A stretch of 64,000 nt of DNA from contig JAAEQW010000327.1 in the NCBI GenBank assembly GCA_024231025.1, positions 16,022 through 80,021 of the forward strand, in the 5' to 3' direction. The position numbers and the translations under genes were made by a program. The notes beneath the pieces were generated by a model, which made no database searches, was not told the origin of the DNA, and saw only the letters and a list, made by a program, of their open reading frames with translations. The stretch comes from Candidatus Omnitrophota bacterium (GTDB lineage: Bacteria; Omnitrophota; Gorgyraeia; Duberdicusellales; 4484-171). Shown here piece by piece: positions 36,686-47,168 of this stretch (its first letter is position 1; each line of letters starts with the position of its first letter).

Positions 36686-39600
36686 TTAATCTAGTAGCGG
36701 TCTAATTGATTTAATATCACGAATACCGAGAACTTTAATCCCCGCATTATTAAAAAATTCCGGATTAATATTGAAAGTTTTACCCATCCAGTCTTCAGAA
36801 GATCCTGTTACATTTAAAGCATTGTCTAAGCCTTCAATTTTTACACCACCGTGGGCACTGCTAAGACCTGCGGAGCTTCTTCGTGTTGATCCGCCACTAC
36901 CATTATTGAGAAGCCCTGAACCTTGTTTTGTCCCAGAAGGCCCTTGACCTCCACCATTGAAAGGATCACCTGGATCATCATCGCTAGAAAGAACACCGCC
37001 AATTTGATCAGCATCAACCGCAACGAAGCGCGAATCTTTACGCATCGACAGCTCGTGCAGCCGCGCTTCAGCCCTCGCCTGGACCTCGCTGTCCTCCTTG
37101 GCAAAAGCATTTTCTGCAACAATCACTCGCGAAAAATCTGTTCCTAACAGTTCATACAACTCAATTAAAATTGACCCTCGCACGTATGTTCCGTTGGCTT
37201 CCTCTCCAAAGCGCTTTGAGTCCTCCCCAATATCATATCCCAGCACGTGATCATAGCGGCTTTCGGCGTTCATGTCTAGCGCTAAGAATATTCCTTCACA
37301 CCCTAGTGTATCATCCATTGCGTCTTGCAACGCGCTAACAACATCATAAAGTTTAGACCGCTTTGTATTGTCCAGCGCAACTAACGTTTTCTGGGCCGTA
37401 GCAGCCGCAACCTCTAACCCTTTAACTGATGCCTCAACGCTAGAGTAGCCTGCGGCAACCAAAGAAATTTCATTAACTGCCAATCCCGGAAAATCACTCT
37501 GAGCCTGCTGCGGAGAAAGAGCCAAGGTAGTATAGACATTTTGTGCGGCTGGCGAAGCAGAACGCCCTTGCGATAAGTCGCTATTGCCATAGACATATGT
37601 TAAAACCTTTTCCCGCTCCCAAACTGTGGCTTCTATTGTTTGTAGCACCCCCCCTGGTTTAGTAGCTAAATCAATAATTTGATCGGCTCGATTAACTTGA
37701 TCGGCTTGATCGCCTCGATCAGCTTTTTTGTTAGCATAGGTGTACTCACGCAATTCAGGGGCATTACCTGAGGCACGCATATGGAACCGATCGCCATAAC
37801 TGTCCCACATTACGATCCCATCAATAAGATGATCGCCAAAGGCCAAATGAACAATTTCTCCAAAACCCAATCCTGCGTGATAAAAATTTTCCATCTTTTT
37901 GCGTAAATTAATCGCATCAGCAACAAGTTCGTCCTGGTCATCATAAGAAACGGTGGAAGAATCATCTTCTCCCCGTAAGATAACAGTCATTGTTCTGTCG
38001 GCATCATTAAACATAACCTCGGAAACATTGTGACGATGTAAACTATATTCCTCATGAATAAGCTGCCCCGTACGCTTTTCTCCCGGTAAAACTGGTAGTT
38101 CGTGGATCAATCCTGCATTATCTTCGTAATTGTCAAGCTCTCCAACAAAAAATTCTGAAACATTTTTGTTATGTTTTATTGCCTCTAAAAAAATAATCAT
38201 CGGCGTTGGCAGTGCGTCGCGGGTGATTAGTTCATCTAACGGCTGACCATTGGGTAATATTATGTTGGGCCCAATAAAAATCCCGCCGTTAACCTCCTGA
38301 CCAATGACCTTAAGGTTCGGGTTCTTGCGCAACATCCATCGCATTAAATATTTATGGTAGGGTGAACCGACCGAACAGTGTTTCACCACAATACCGTCTT
38401 TTGCTAACTGATCATCAACGTCTTGATTTCCGGTTAGCGATTGGACAACAGCATCCACTTTCAGGGCCCGCGCCACCGGCACGATTGTTACGTCGCCGCG
38501 CCAAAATATGCCATTTTCATCAATCACCATCGAGCGATCACCATCGCCGTCAGCCGAAGTTTCACCCAGCAAAATAACGTCCTCACCGTCAACCCTAATC
38601 ACGGTTTTGCCTTCTACCTCACGAGCACCATAGTCTTTCTTAACCGTGCGCATATCCTTTTTGATGTCAGCCAAATGCTCTTTAGTCATGTTTTCGGTAT
38701 CTAAAGCAATGAAAGAGTTTGATCGGCGACGCCGCTCAATAACTTTCATCCCTAAGGCTCGATAAATATCCACATGCTCTTGAACTGCTACCGTTGAATG
38801 GCCCCAATAAACAACGGCATACCCTTTAAAAGGTTGAGGGTTGTCCGCAGTTGAAAAAGCATCAACAAAGCGCTGAATATAAATTTTCTTAGCCTCATCA
38901 TTAACTTTGATCGCATTAATGTCTACGTTGGCTCCCGGCTTAAATAGGCCCCTAACTCCAAAAATAGAATCCGTCGCCGCCTGCTTGTAAAGAACTTCTC
39001 GTCGGGCTTTAACCGCAGCGATAATACCCTCTTTATCGGAAACGCCATCGTCTTTTTCTTCGGCCTCATTAAGCACCTCACCATCTTTACTATAAAGCTT
39101 TAATCCGTTAAATTTACCTGCCGTGTGACTTCCGGTAATCATGATCCCCGGCAAATTATATTTCTGACAATAGTAGGCCATAATTGGCGTTGATACCTCA
39201 TCTAGAAAATCAACTTCTACCCCTAAATCACGACAAGCAGTGGCTATCGCATTAGCAAACACTGGCGAGCTTCTGCGAAAATCCATAGCTAACACCATCT
39301 TCTGACCGGGAACTATCGCTCCATTATTATCAACCGCTAATTGCGCTTTGCTCACTAGCCAGTCAGAAAAACCACTGGTTATGGCATAAGGCTCAATGTC
39401 CTTCATCACATCTACCAGCCCACGAAAACCACTCGTGCCCATGCCGGTCGGCTTTGGAGTATAGTCCATTTCTTGAAGCAAACAACCGGGAGGATACACT
39501 GCGGGATCAAGCTCCTGATCAGAAAAGCTTTTGCGATCAATCTCAGCGGCTAAAGTAACTCGCTGCACGCGCTGCTCAAAAGGTATTTCTAAGCTTGGAT

Positions 39601-40813
39601 TAGCTATCATTTGTGCTCCCGGAAAAATATATTCTCCTTCAGACCCGTCACTACCGCTAGGTCCATCATTTGGTGGCCCGTCATCTGGATTCGAAATCAT
39701 CGTAGAATCAGCTACTTGCGCATTACCTTCAAAAGAAACAGCCGCAAGATCCTCCGCTATTACAGGAACTGCGTCGCTTATTTCTGGCAAATCCTCTTGA
39801 GTGTATCCACCAGAGAAATAACGCCGTTTGATTCTTCTATTTGTTGCTGGGTCAACCTCTTTTTTGATATAATCATACAGTTTTCCCTCAAACGCCTCAA
39901 CATAAAGATTATAAACCTTTTGTTTAATTTCCTTATCAGAAATCGCGATTCCATCAACTTTTGCCTGATTAATAAAGTGCTTATAAAAAGAATCTTGAAA
40001 CTTCTTTTTAAACCACGTAGCCAATACCATCGAATGGTATATTTGACGCAAAGTTGCAAAGTTTTTTCCTTGGTTTATTTCGTTATTAATTTTCGGTAAA
40101 ATTACCTGGCGCAGAGCATTGGAGGTTATCTCGTCTACTTCATCTGTCCGATCAATGCCTGTAGCATTTTTGCGAGCAAGAAAGTCTTCTTCCAATACCG
40201 CTTTTAGTTGTGCGTCGTTGATTAAAGCAACGTTTTCGTGCTCATAAACTTCAGCTGTATACGGAGTGATCCAAATTTTATTAAATGTGTTTATCGAAAC
40301 TTTTGTTGTTCCAAGGGTGTCGGTTAAGTCTTGATAAATTTTATCCCAATAATTTTTTCCGGCTTGACTATCAGGGCAAGTAATTGACGCCGATAGCTGT
40401 TTTAAAATATAATCCTGAGAAAGCAAGTCACGCCCTAGGTCAGTTGCGCTTAATTCATCTGGAAGAATTCGATTTTGCTCATATGGCGATAAGTTAACCC
40501 AAATATCCTTCTCGGCCATGGTAAGGCCAGCAAGAAAATAATTAATCAAACGCTTTGCGTCTTTTTCACTTATCTTCTCCTTGCTTCCGGTGTCAATAAT
40601 GAATTCAATATGCAAAGGGTTTTCGTAATCCAATCGCAAACCTTTTAGTACCGGAAAGGAGTAATTCTCCGACAACGGCACCATTGTTTGAGGACCAGGC
40701 AAGTCAAGAGTGTTTGCAAAAGTGACGAAAGGCGTTTGAATTAAAAGGGATACGACAAAAAAGAAAAGAGTTACGAAATTCAACTTAACGGATTGAGTGC
40801 GTAAATGCACCAT
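36686..40813 (-). CDS. 1375-aa modular protein: signal peptide, conserved N-domain, alpha-D-phosphohexomutase (PMM/PGM), degenerate enolase-like segment, GG tail
   Basis: GTSGFRG, MDFR.SSP, MITGSHT..FNGLK, DGDGDR, EVNGG and RASGNAPELR motifs; shared N-domain. Confidence 0.85.
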   Translation of the reverse strand: MVHLRTQSVKLNFVTLFFFVVSLLIQTPFVTFANTLDLPGPQTMVPLSENYSFPVLKGLRLDYENPLHIEFIIDTGSKEKISEKDAKRLINYFLAGLTMAEKDIWVNLSPYEQNRILPDELSATDLGRDLLSQDYILKQLSASITCPDSQAGKNYWDKIYQDLTDTLGTTKVSINTFNKIWITPYTAEVYEHENVALINDAQLKAVLEEDFLARKNATGIDRTDEVDEITSNALRQVILPKINNEINQGKNFATLRQIYHSMVLATWFKKKFQDSFYKHFINQAKVDGIAISDKEIKQKVYNLYVEAFEGKLYDYIKKEVDPATNRRIKRRYFSGGYTQEDLPEISDAVPVIAEDLAAVSFEGNAQVADSTMISNPDDGPPNDGPSGSDGSEGEYIFPGAQMIANPSLEIPFEQRVQRVTLAAEIDRKSFSDQELDPAVYPPGCLLQEMDYTPKPTGMGTSGFRGLVDVMKDIEPYAITSGFSDWLVSKAQLAVDNNGAIVPGQKMVLAMDFRRSSPVFANAIATACRDLGVEVDFLDEVSTPIMAYYCQKYNLPGIMITGSHTAGKFNGLKLYSKDGEVLNEAEEKDDGVSDKEGIIAAVKARREVLYKQAATDSIFGVRGLFKPGANVDINAIKVNDEAKKIYIQRFVDAFSTADNPQPFKGYAVVYWGHSTVAVQEHVDIYRALGMKVIERRRRSNSFIALDTENMTKEHLADIKKDMRTVKKDYGAREVEGKTVIRVDGEDVILLGETSADGDGDRSMVIDENGIFWRGDVTIVPVARALKVDAVVQSLTGNQDVDDQLAKDGIVVKHCSVGSPYHKYLMRWMLRKNPNLKVIGQEVNGGIFIGPNIILPNGQPLDELITRDALPTPMIIFLEAIKHNKNVSEFFVGELDNYEDNAGLIHELPVLPGEKRTGQLIHEEYSLHRHNVSEVMFNDADRTMTVILRGEDDSSTVSYDDQDELVADAINLRKKMENFYHAGLGFGEIVHLAFGDHLIDGIVMWDSYGDRFHMRASGNAPELREYTYANKKADRGDQADQVNRADQIIDLATKPGGVLQTIEATVWEREKVLTYVYGNSDLSQGRSASPAAQNVYTTLALSPQQAQSDFPGLAVNEISLVAAGYSSVEASVKGLEVAAATAQKTLVALDNTKRSKLYDVVSALQDAMDDTLGCEGIFLALDMNAESRYDHVLGYDIGEDSKRFGEEANGTYVRGSILIELYELLGTDFSRVIVAENAFAKEDSEVQARAEARLHELSMRKDSRFVAVDADQIGGVLSSDDDPGDPFNGGGQGPSGTKQGSGLLNNGSGGSTRRSSAGLSSAHGGVKIEGLDNALNVTGSSEDWMGKTFNINPEFFNNAGIKVLGIRDIKSIRPLLD

Positions 40814-40926
40814 GGCGTTACCTCCAGCTTAAAAGTTTTACTTTTCCTACTGAATCACAACTGTGTTGGTAACGCCTCCCCCTACACCCGCAAAGTCGCA
40901 TTCTAACCTAAGACCTGTAGTAAGTA

Positions 40927-41026
40927 AATGTAACATTTTTTGTAAGCGTTGTCAAGAAACCGCTTACAAAATAGGAGACGCTGTCGATAACTCCTTCGCA
41001 TGCAGTGGCTTATAAAACAAATATTT
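40927..41026 (-). promoter_or_regulatory. Sigma-70 promoter with an inverted-repeat operator and the shared upstream element
   Basis: TTGACA (40950-40955), 17 bp spacer, TACATT (40927-40932) with TG extension; 11-bp IR TTTTGTAAGCG / CGCTTACAAAA flanking the -35; conserved block at 40973-41026. Confidence 0.65.
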
Positions 41027-41110
41027 CAATTAATGAAGCGCTGATCGTTGGATTGTGAGAATGATGGAAAACAAGGGGAATTGATTGGTAACTCATTGCA
41101 AGACAATTAG

Positions 41111-41485
41111 TTATGGACAACGTCTTGAAAGTTTTTTAAAGAATTCTCGGCACTCAGGTAAGTTGCGTAAATTTTCTAAGTCACTGTCTTTAAAGAGGTA
41201 ATCAAAATCATCGTAGCCTAAAACAATTGCCTCTTTTAATTCTTCTAGGGCAGTTTGCAAATCACCGGTTAAAGACAGGCTACAAGCTAAATTATAGTGA
41301 ACATGAGGATCTTGAGGTTTCAGTTCTGCTAATCTCTTATCAACAGCGAGGCCTTCTTTGTAAAAACCCCCTCTGGTGTAAGCATCACCTAAAGAGGCTA
41401 GGGCATGCACAAAGTTTGGTCTTTTTTGAATAAGATTTTCGTAAAATTTAATTTCAAAATCTTTACGCCTAATTCTCTTTTTCAC
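41111..41485 (-). CDS. TPR protein
   Basis: ALASLGDAYT, P..HYNLACSLSL and D.DL..LR tail. Confidence 0.8.
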   Translation of the reverse strand: MKKRIRRKDFEIKFYENLIQKRPNFVHALASLGDAYTRGGFYKEGLAVDKRLAELKPQDPHVHYNLACSLSLTGDLQTALEELKEAIVLGYDDFDYLFKDSDLENLRNLPECREFFKKLSRRCP

Positions 41486-41533
41486 CTTGTTAAGCCTTTC
41501 CTCATCCAGCCGAAACTCTAGGGTTAGCTGGGT

Positions 41534-43882
41534 TCATTGTGTTTTTTGCAAAATTACTTTTTCTCCGAGTCGATAAAATACTTCTTCCAAATTCTTTTTA
41601 AACTCTGGGTAATCTTCCTTTGCAACAAAACGATTTTTTAAAGAGAATTCCTGTTTTGTTGAAAATGTTTTTTCGTTTTGGGTGTATTGCGTTTTAAAAT
41701 CAAACCACTGGGTAGTTAAAACATAATCTTTTGGAAAATACTTTATTTTCAAATTGTTCGGTAAATTAATCTCAACCGAAGATGTTTTCTTAAACAGCCC
41801 TACAAATTCTACTGGATATCTGCGGCTATCCTTTCCAACGTAAGAAACATCAATGCCGACATCACTCAAAAATGGAATTACACGCAAATCTTTAGCTGGC
41901 TTTAGAAACCTCCGCGCTTGGAAGGTGTATACGATTGTTGGATCTTTCATAAAATCAAAAGGGTCGATTATTTGGTGATCCAAGAATTTGGTTAAAGGTG
42001 AAATTGCCTTCATCTTGTCTTGAAGGGTGTCTTTTATAATCTGCGGGTGAGTATACTTTAGAAAATACCGCTGAAAACTTGCAAAACTTCCCTTGGCTAT
42101 AACTTGGCGCTTAACAGTCGCGGTTTCATTTTTATCAATGTCCAAAGTCATCTTATAAATTGTTTCATTGGCAATAGTTAGTGGAGTTTCGATTAGTTGA
42201 TAATCGTCTTCAAGGAAAACTAAAGTTAACCGCTGCTGATCTGAAAAAGGTAAATCGTAATAAGATGACGTTGTAGACGTCGGATCTAAAAAGGTTAATT
42301 TACCTTCGCAACGTATTGCAGCGATTGCATGATTAAAATTTATTGAAGGGAAATCTTCGCTTATCTGATACACCCCTCGAGTAGGAATTAAAACCGGATA
42401 GGCTGACAAGTTTGCCTCTTGAGCCATAGCAACCAGAAGAATGGCTTGATCCTTACAGTCTCCATATCGATTAAGAAAGATATCAACCGCTTTGTGCGGC
42501 TCATGCCCGCTTTCACCATATTCAACACCAACATAGCGAATATTTTTGGCACAAAACTCATGAATTTTTCTTGCTTTTTCTAAATCGTTTTTGCAATCTT
42601 TTGTTAACTCCTTAACAAAAGTTTTTATTTCATCATTTAGAGCGAGCTTGTCCTCATAAAGAGCCGTCCACCAAGTAAAGATTTCACCCCAAGACTCAAA
42701 GCTTGAGATAATTATCGCCGGATTTATTTTAGAAATCGGCGGCATTTTATCTTCAGGAATAATCGGATCGACCTCTTTGATATCCCAAGTGTATATTATT
42801 TCCGCTTTTGTTTTTTTAATCTTTGGCGTGAGGCTAAATCCTTTAGAATATTGTTGATTTAAATATTTAAAACTAGCTTTTTTCTTTTTAGGAACAAACA
42901 ATTTAAATTTTTGCCGAGCGATTGGATAAGCATCCCTTAGGCGATAAATATACGTGAAGTCGTCTTCGTTCACCATTTTAGATGAGTATATTTTTGCTTT
43001 ATACTCAACGATCGCACCAACATCAACCGAAGGCATTGAGATTATAAAAGCTTTTGCGTTGCTATAGAGAGGAAAGTTTAAGTATTTACTTACGTCGCGA
43101 ATGTTTTCTTTACCGGCATATACAACTTTTCCCTCGGGAGTAATTGTTCTGGCATATTCCAGCTCTACTCTTTCGTAAGTAGAGTCGTAGCCGATTTGAA
43201 CCTCGCCAATTTCTTTGCCCTTTTCTTTAAGAACTTTTTGAATGACGTGTACCACAGATAGCGTTGAGTTATCGCTTTTTATTTTGGTTGATTCGTCAAC
43301 AAAAAGGGTCACTGCTTCCTCTTCCTTAATTGTTGAAAGAAACTTTTTTTGCTGCTTAAGAAGCTTTTTTATTTCTTTGGGAACTTTATCCTCTATCTTT
43401 AAACCTATTTCTTCTATCCTCTCTTGGGCAATTTCCTTAAACGGTCCTTTTAGTTTAGCGTAGAGCTTTACCGCTTTAGGAAAAAGGTTTTTCTCCTCGG
43501 CCGTTTTAGCATACAGATAAATGTATTCGTTATCTTTAACCGGACCGAGCTTTTCAAAAACTTCTATCGCTTGGGTGTATTCTTTTAAATTCACATAGGT
43601 TTTAGCAAGAAGAATTCTTGCTTTTTTGTCTTGGCAAAGTTCTAAAATTTCTTTAGCTTTTTTGTAATCATTAAACTTATAATAAAATTTTGCAGCTTCA
43701 AGCTTTGTTGATTCTTTAGGCCGGCTTTTAAGTTTTTTCTCATAAAGAGATGCTGTTTTTTTATAAAGGGAAAGTGCCTTGTCCGCGGGGGATCCGCATC
43801 CGAACAAAGACCATAAACAACAAGCCATAAGTATTAGATAATAAGGTGCCCTTTTTTGTTTTTCTTTTTTTACTGAGTTCAT
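41534..43882 (-). CDS. Lipoprotein with TPR, DUF3857-like and transglutaminase-like domains
   Basis: Lipobox-like LFGC; IRY, GDCKDQA, FNHAI and LDPT transglutaminase triad motifs; ATG at 43882 with GAGG upstream. Confidence 0.8.
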   Translation of the reverse strand: MNSVKKEKQKRAPYYLILMACCLWSLFGCGSPADKALSLYKKTASLYEKKLKSRPKESTKLEAAKFYYKFNDYKKAKEILELCQDKKARILLAKTYVNLKEYTQAIEVFEKLGPVKDNEYIYLYAKTAEEKNLFPKAVKLYAKLKGPFKEIAQERIEEIGLKIEDKVPKEIKKLLKQQKKFLSTIKEEEAVTLFVDESTKIKSDNSTLSVVHVIQKVLKEKGKEIGEVQIGYDSTYERVELEYARTITPEGKVVYAGKENIRDVSKYLNFPLYSNAKAFIISMPSVDVGAIVEYKAKIYSSKMVNEDDFTYIYRLRDAYPIARQKFKLFVPKKKKASFKYLNQQYSKGFSLTPKIKKTKAEIIYTWDIKEVDPIIPEDKMPPISKINPAIIISSFESWGEIFTWWTALYEDKLALNDEIKTFVKELTKDCKNDLEKARKIHEFCAKNIRYVGVEYGESGHEPHKAVDIFLNRYGDCKDQAILLVAMAQEANLSAYPVLIPTRGVYQISEDFPSINFNHAIAAIRCEGKLTFLDPTSTTSSYYDLPFSDQQRLTLVFLEDDYQLIETPLTIANETIYKMTLDIDKNETATVKRQVIAKGSFASFQRYFLKYTHPQIIKDTLQDKMKAISPLTKFLDHQIIDPFDFMKDPTIVYTFQARRFLKPAKDLRVIPFLSDVGIDVSYVGKDSRRYPVEFVGLFKKTSSVEINLPNNLKIKYFPKDYVLTTQWFDFKTQYTQNEKTFSTKQEFSLKNRFVAKEDYPEFKKNLEEVFYRLGEKVILQKTQ

Positions 43883-43898
43883 AGTTTTTTTCCTCGCA

Positions 43899-44189
43899 TT
43901 ATGCAATGATTTTTAAAACTTCTTTTATTGCCTGGCCCTTATAAATTCCTAGTTTTTTTGCCTCAGGAGAAACAGCAAAAGCTTTTGCCTTAACTGCCTG
44001 CTCGATAGTGGAAATGCCGGTAATTTTTACTGCTACTTCCTTAAACTTAGTTGCGGTCTTCATGTTAAGATAACCACACATAATGTAGCCCCCGCTTGCC
44101 TTCAAAACAATTAAACTTTTATCGCAAAGTTTTATGCAAAAGGCATAAACAGTTTTCTTTCCAACTTTAATTTTTTTGGTAACAATCAT
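43899..44189 (-). CDS. YunC/DUF1805 family protein
   Basis: GYIMCGYLN and A.KLGI..G motifs; 96 aa. Confidence 0.75.
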   Translation of the reverse strand: MIVTKKIKVGKKTVYAFCIKLCDKSLIVLKASGGYIMCGYLNMKTATKFKEVAVKITGISTIEQAVKAKAFAVSPEAKKLGIYKGQAIKEVLKIIA

Positions 44190-45337
44190 TGCAGCTTGCT
44201 TAAAACTCTTTCAATTCTGATGATTGCTTCTTTTAAGTTTTCCTGCGTATTAGCGTAAGAAATTCTGATATTATAATCATATTGCTTACCAAAGGCTGTA
44301 CCTGGAACGACGGCAACTTTTTCTTCGAAAAGCAATTTTTTAGCAAAATCTAAAGCTTTTATTTTAAACTTTTTCAGCGAAGGAAAACAATAAAAAGCAC
44401 CTTGAGGCATTACCGTATCTAACCCCAAATTGTTTAGCTCTCTTACAATAAAATCACGTCTGCGCTTATATTCGACGCGCATTTGGGCCACTTCTTTCTG
44501 AGCCCTCAAAGCTTCTGAGGAGGCAATTTGTGAAACAATTGGCGCACATAGCGCTGAATAAGCATGAATTTTTGTTATTGCTGATATTATTTTGCTGTTT
44601 CCGCAAGCATATCCCGAGCGAAATCCGGTCATTGCATAGCCTTTTGAAAATCCATTCAGCAGAATCGTTCTTTCTTTTGCTTTTTTATCCAAACAAGAAA
44701 AAGGAATATGCTCGCCTTCGTAGTTTAATTCATCGTAAACTTCATCACTAATAACTACGATTTCTTCGCGTGATAAAATTTTCCAAATTTCCTTTAGCTC
44801 CCCGCGACAATAGCTCACCCCTGTAGGATTACACGGGTAATTTAGAATAATTGCTTTTGGCCGTTTTTTAACAAGCTCACTTAAAACTTTGGGATTAATT
44901 TTAAAATTTTCTTCCTGCGTGGTAGTTAAAAAAAGTACTTTATTGCCATTAGCCTCCGGCAACGCCGGATATGCAACATAGTGCGGGCTAACCACAATTA
45001 TCTTATCTTTCGGATCTGAAATTGCTCTAATCGCCAAATCAAATGCTTCGCTAACTCCAGAGGTTATAACAATTTCTTTTTTGGGATCATAGCGTAACGC
45101 GTATTTTTTTTTGTAATGGTTGGCAATATCTTGGCGCAAAACAAAAAGCCCCTGATTAGACGTATACGAAGTTAGACCTTCTTCTAAGGCAGTTATCGCT
45201 TTTTCTCGCACTCTCCAAGGACTAATAAAATCCGGCTCTCCAACGCCTAAAGAAACAACATCCGGCATTCCTAAAACCAAATCAAAAAACTCCCTAATTC
45301 CCGAAGGGGCCAGTTTCTCTATGTGCTTAGCAATCAT
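44186..45337 (-). CDS. PLP-dependent aminotransferase, class I/II
   Basis: SLGVGEPDF, NYPCNPTG, SDEVY and GFSKGYAMTGFR motifs. Confidence 0.92.
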   Translation of the reverse strand: MIAKHIEKLAPSGIREFFDLVLGMPDVVSLGVGEPDFISPWRVREKAITALEEGLTSYTSNQGLFVLRQDIANHYKKKYALRYDPKKEIVITSGVSEAFDLAIRAISDPKDKIIVVSPHYVAYPALPEANGNKVLFLTTTQEENFKINPKVLSELVKKRPKAIILNYPCNPTGVSYCRGELKEIWKILSREEIVVISDEVYDELNYEGEHIPFSCLDKKAKERTILLNGFSKGYAMTGFRSGYACGNSKIISAITKIHAYSALCAPIVSQIASSEALRAQKEVAQMRVEYKRRRDFIVRELNNLGLDTVMPQGAFYCFPSLKKFKIKALDFAKKLLFEEKVAVVPGTAFGKQYDYNIRISYANTQENLKEAIIRIERVLSKLQ

Positions 45338-45338
45338 A

Positions 45339-45821
45339 TTAATAAGTTATTGCGAGCCTTTTGTTTTTATCTCTTTTTATTAAAACCACACCGTCTTCTT
45401 TATATTTCTTAAGCATAAAATGTGTTGTTGTTCCTTTAACGCTGCTTAAAGGAGCTAGCTTTTCCGAAACAAAATTCGCAACCGTATTGATATCCTTTCC
45501 CTCCACAATTAAAAGAAGATCATATGTTCCCGACAAAAGATAGCAGCTTCTTACTTCGGGAAACTTATAAACCCTTTCCGCTACGGCATCAAAGCCAACA
45601 TCTTTTTGAGGCATAACTTGAACTTCAATTATTGCAAAAACTCCTTTTTCACCAACAATTTTATTTTTATCGATTACGGCTTTATATTTTACAATTACTC
45701 CCTTTTTTTCATATCCTTTAATTGCTTTCTCGATATCTTTTTTCGGTTTTCCAGTTAAGCGAGCCAAATCTTCTAAAGAAATTCTTGCGTTCTGTTCCAA
45801 AAGTTCTAATATGTCCTCCAT
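45339..45821 (-). CDS. Lrp/AsnC family transcriptional regulator
   Basis: N-terminal HTH (NARISLEDLA) and SGTYDL; directly upstream of an aminotransferase. Confidence 0.9.
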   Translation of the reverse strand: MEDILELLEQNARISLEDLARLTGKPKKDIEKAIKGYEKKGVIVKYKAVIDKNKIVGEKGVFAIIEVQVMPQKDVGFDAVAERVYKFPEVRSCYLLSGTYDLLLIVEGKDINTVANFVSEKLAPLSSVKGTTTHFMLKKYKEDGVVLIKRDKNKRLAITY

Positions 45822-45948
45822 GTTTCCTCCTGATATAGTTTTCAGACATCGCCCAAATTAAGGTTGTGCCTGATTTTGTAAATTATCTTTGATTGCCTTG
45901 TTCACTTATTTTAAAGAAACATTCTCTCTTTGTAAAGAATCTTTATTT

Positions 45949-46533
45949 CTAAGATTTCTTACTGCTACCATAGCGAGATAGGATTTCTTCTAAAGATTTT
46001 TCTTTTGATATCTCAAGCAGCTTTGCAAACACCTTAGCTGTAACCAAGGCATCTTCTAAGGCACGATGAAAATTTTGTGGACATTCTATATTGAAAAATT
46101 TCACAACTGTTTCTAAATTATACTTTTGCGATTTAATAAGACACCGAGCCATGGTTAGGACATCAATTACCGGCCCACTCCAGGGAGCATACATCATCCT
46201 GCCCAATTCACTATTAATGAAGCCCGCATCAAAAGGTGCGTTGTAGGCACAAATCACACCTCCTTCAAGAAACTCAAGCAAATTTTCCGCGATGTCTTTA
46301 AAAAATGGCGCGTCTTTGACATCTTCGTTGGAAATTTTGTGAATCTTATAAACATGATAAGGAATTTCCTGCCCTGGATTAACCAAGCACTGAAACTTGT
46401 CCACCACCTCATGGTTTCTCACCTTTACTGCACCAATTTCACAAATGGCTTCTCCGGCAGCGGCGCTTAACCCGGTTGTTTCCACATCAAGAAAAACTAA
46501 ATCATATTCATTTATGTTTTTTGTTAAGTTCAT
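45949..46533 (-). CDS. DEDDh 3'-5' exonuclease (DnaQ-like)
   Basis: LDVETTGL, AYNAPFD and HRALEDA motifs. Confidence 0.9.
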   Translation of the reverse strand: MNLTKNINEYDLVFLDVETTGLSAAAGEAICEIGAVKVRNHEVVDKFQCLVNPGQEIPYHVYKIHKISNEDVKDAPFFKDIAENLLEFLEGGVICAYNAPFDAGFINSELGRMMYAPWSGPVIDVLTMARCLIKSQKYNLETVVKFFNIECPQNFHRALEDALVTAKVFAKLLEISKEKSLEEILSRYGSSKKS

Positions 46534-46566
46534 CGGTATTTCTCCTGGACTTGTCTACTTGCCAAT

Positions 46567-47106
46567 ATGCTTATCTCATATATTCAGGTTATTATAGGCA
46601 ATTTACGGACCCGCCACAAGAAAAAGTTTAATTGTTATAAGACAAATGGAATTATCAATTATTGGGATGATGTCCCAAACCAATATAATAATATCGAAAG
46701 GGGTCAATATATTATCACGCCTAACCATGTTCATGGAATTATAAATATCGTAGGGGTCGACCTATGTGTCGACCCGGATAAAAATAAAATATCAAATGAC
46801 GATCATAAAATAAATCATAACGGGCGGACACAGGGGTCCGCCCCTACAATATTATCATTGTCTAATATAATCCAACGTTTAAAAACATTAACCACAAAAA
46901 AATATATTGATGGTATCAAAAATAATAATTGGTCACCATTTGCCAAACGTCTCTGGCAACGTGATTATCATGACCATATTATTCGCAACAAAACATCATT
47001 AAACAAAATACGTGAATATATAACCAATAATCCCATAAATTGGCAATTTGATGTTGAAAATCCTGACAGAGTTGGTAAGATGGAATCAGATACAATTACC
47101 GCATAA
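46567..47106 (+). mobile_element. REP-associated tyrosine transposase (RAYT/Y1 HUH) fragment, 5'-truncated
   Basis: PNHVHGI HUH motif and WQRDYHDHIIR..IREYI..NP..W; lacks the N-terminal YFxT region; contains internal GTAG REPs at 46750-46775 and 46822-46847. Confidence 0.8.
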
Positions 47107-47160
47107 CAACGCAATCCAGCGGACGCTGCTTCGCATCGCCACTGATCTCGGATGTTATGT
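47101..47160 (+). mobile_element. Integron attC site 1 (60 bp)
   Basis: R'' GCATAAC ... R' GTTATGT with an internal imperfect palindrome; overlaps the RAYT stop codon. Confidence 0.8.
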
Positions 47161-47168
47161 AAAAAATT

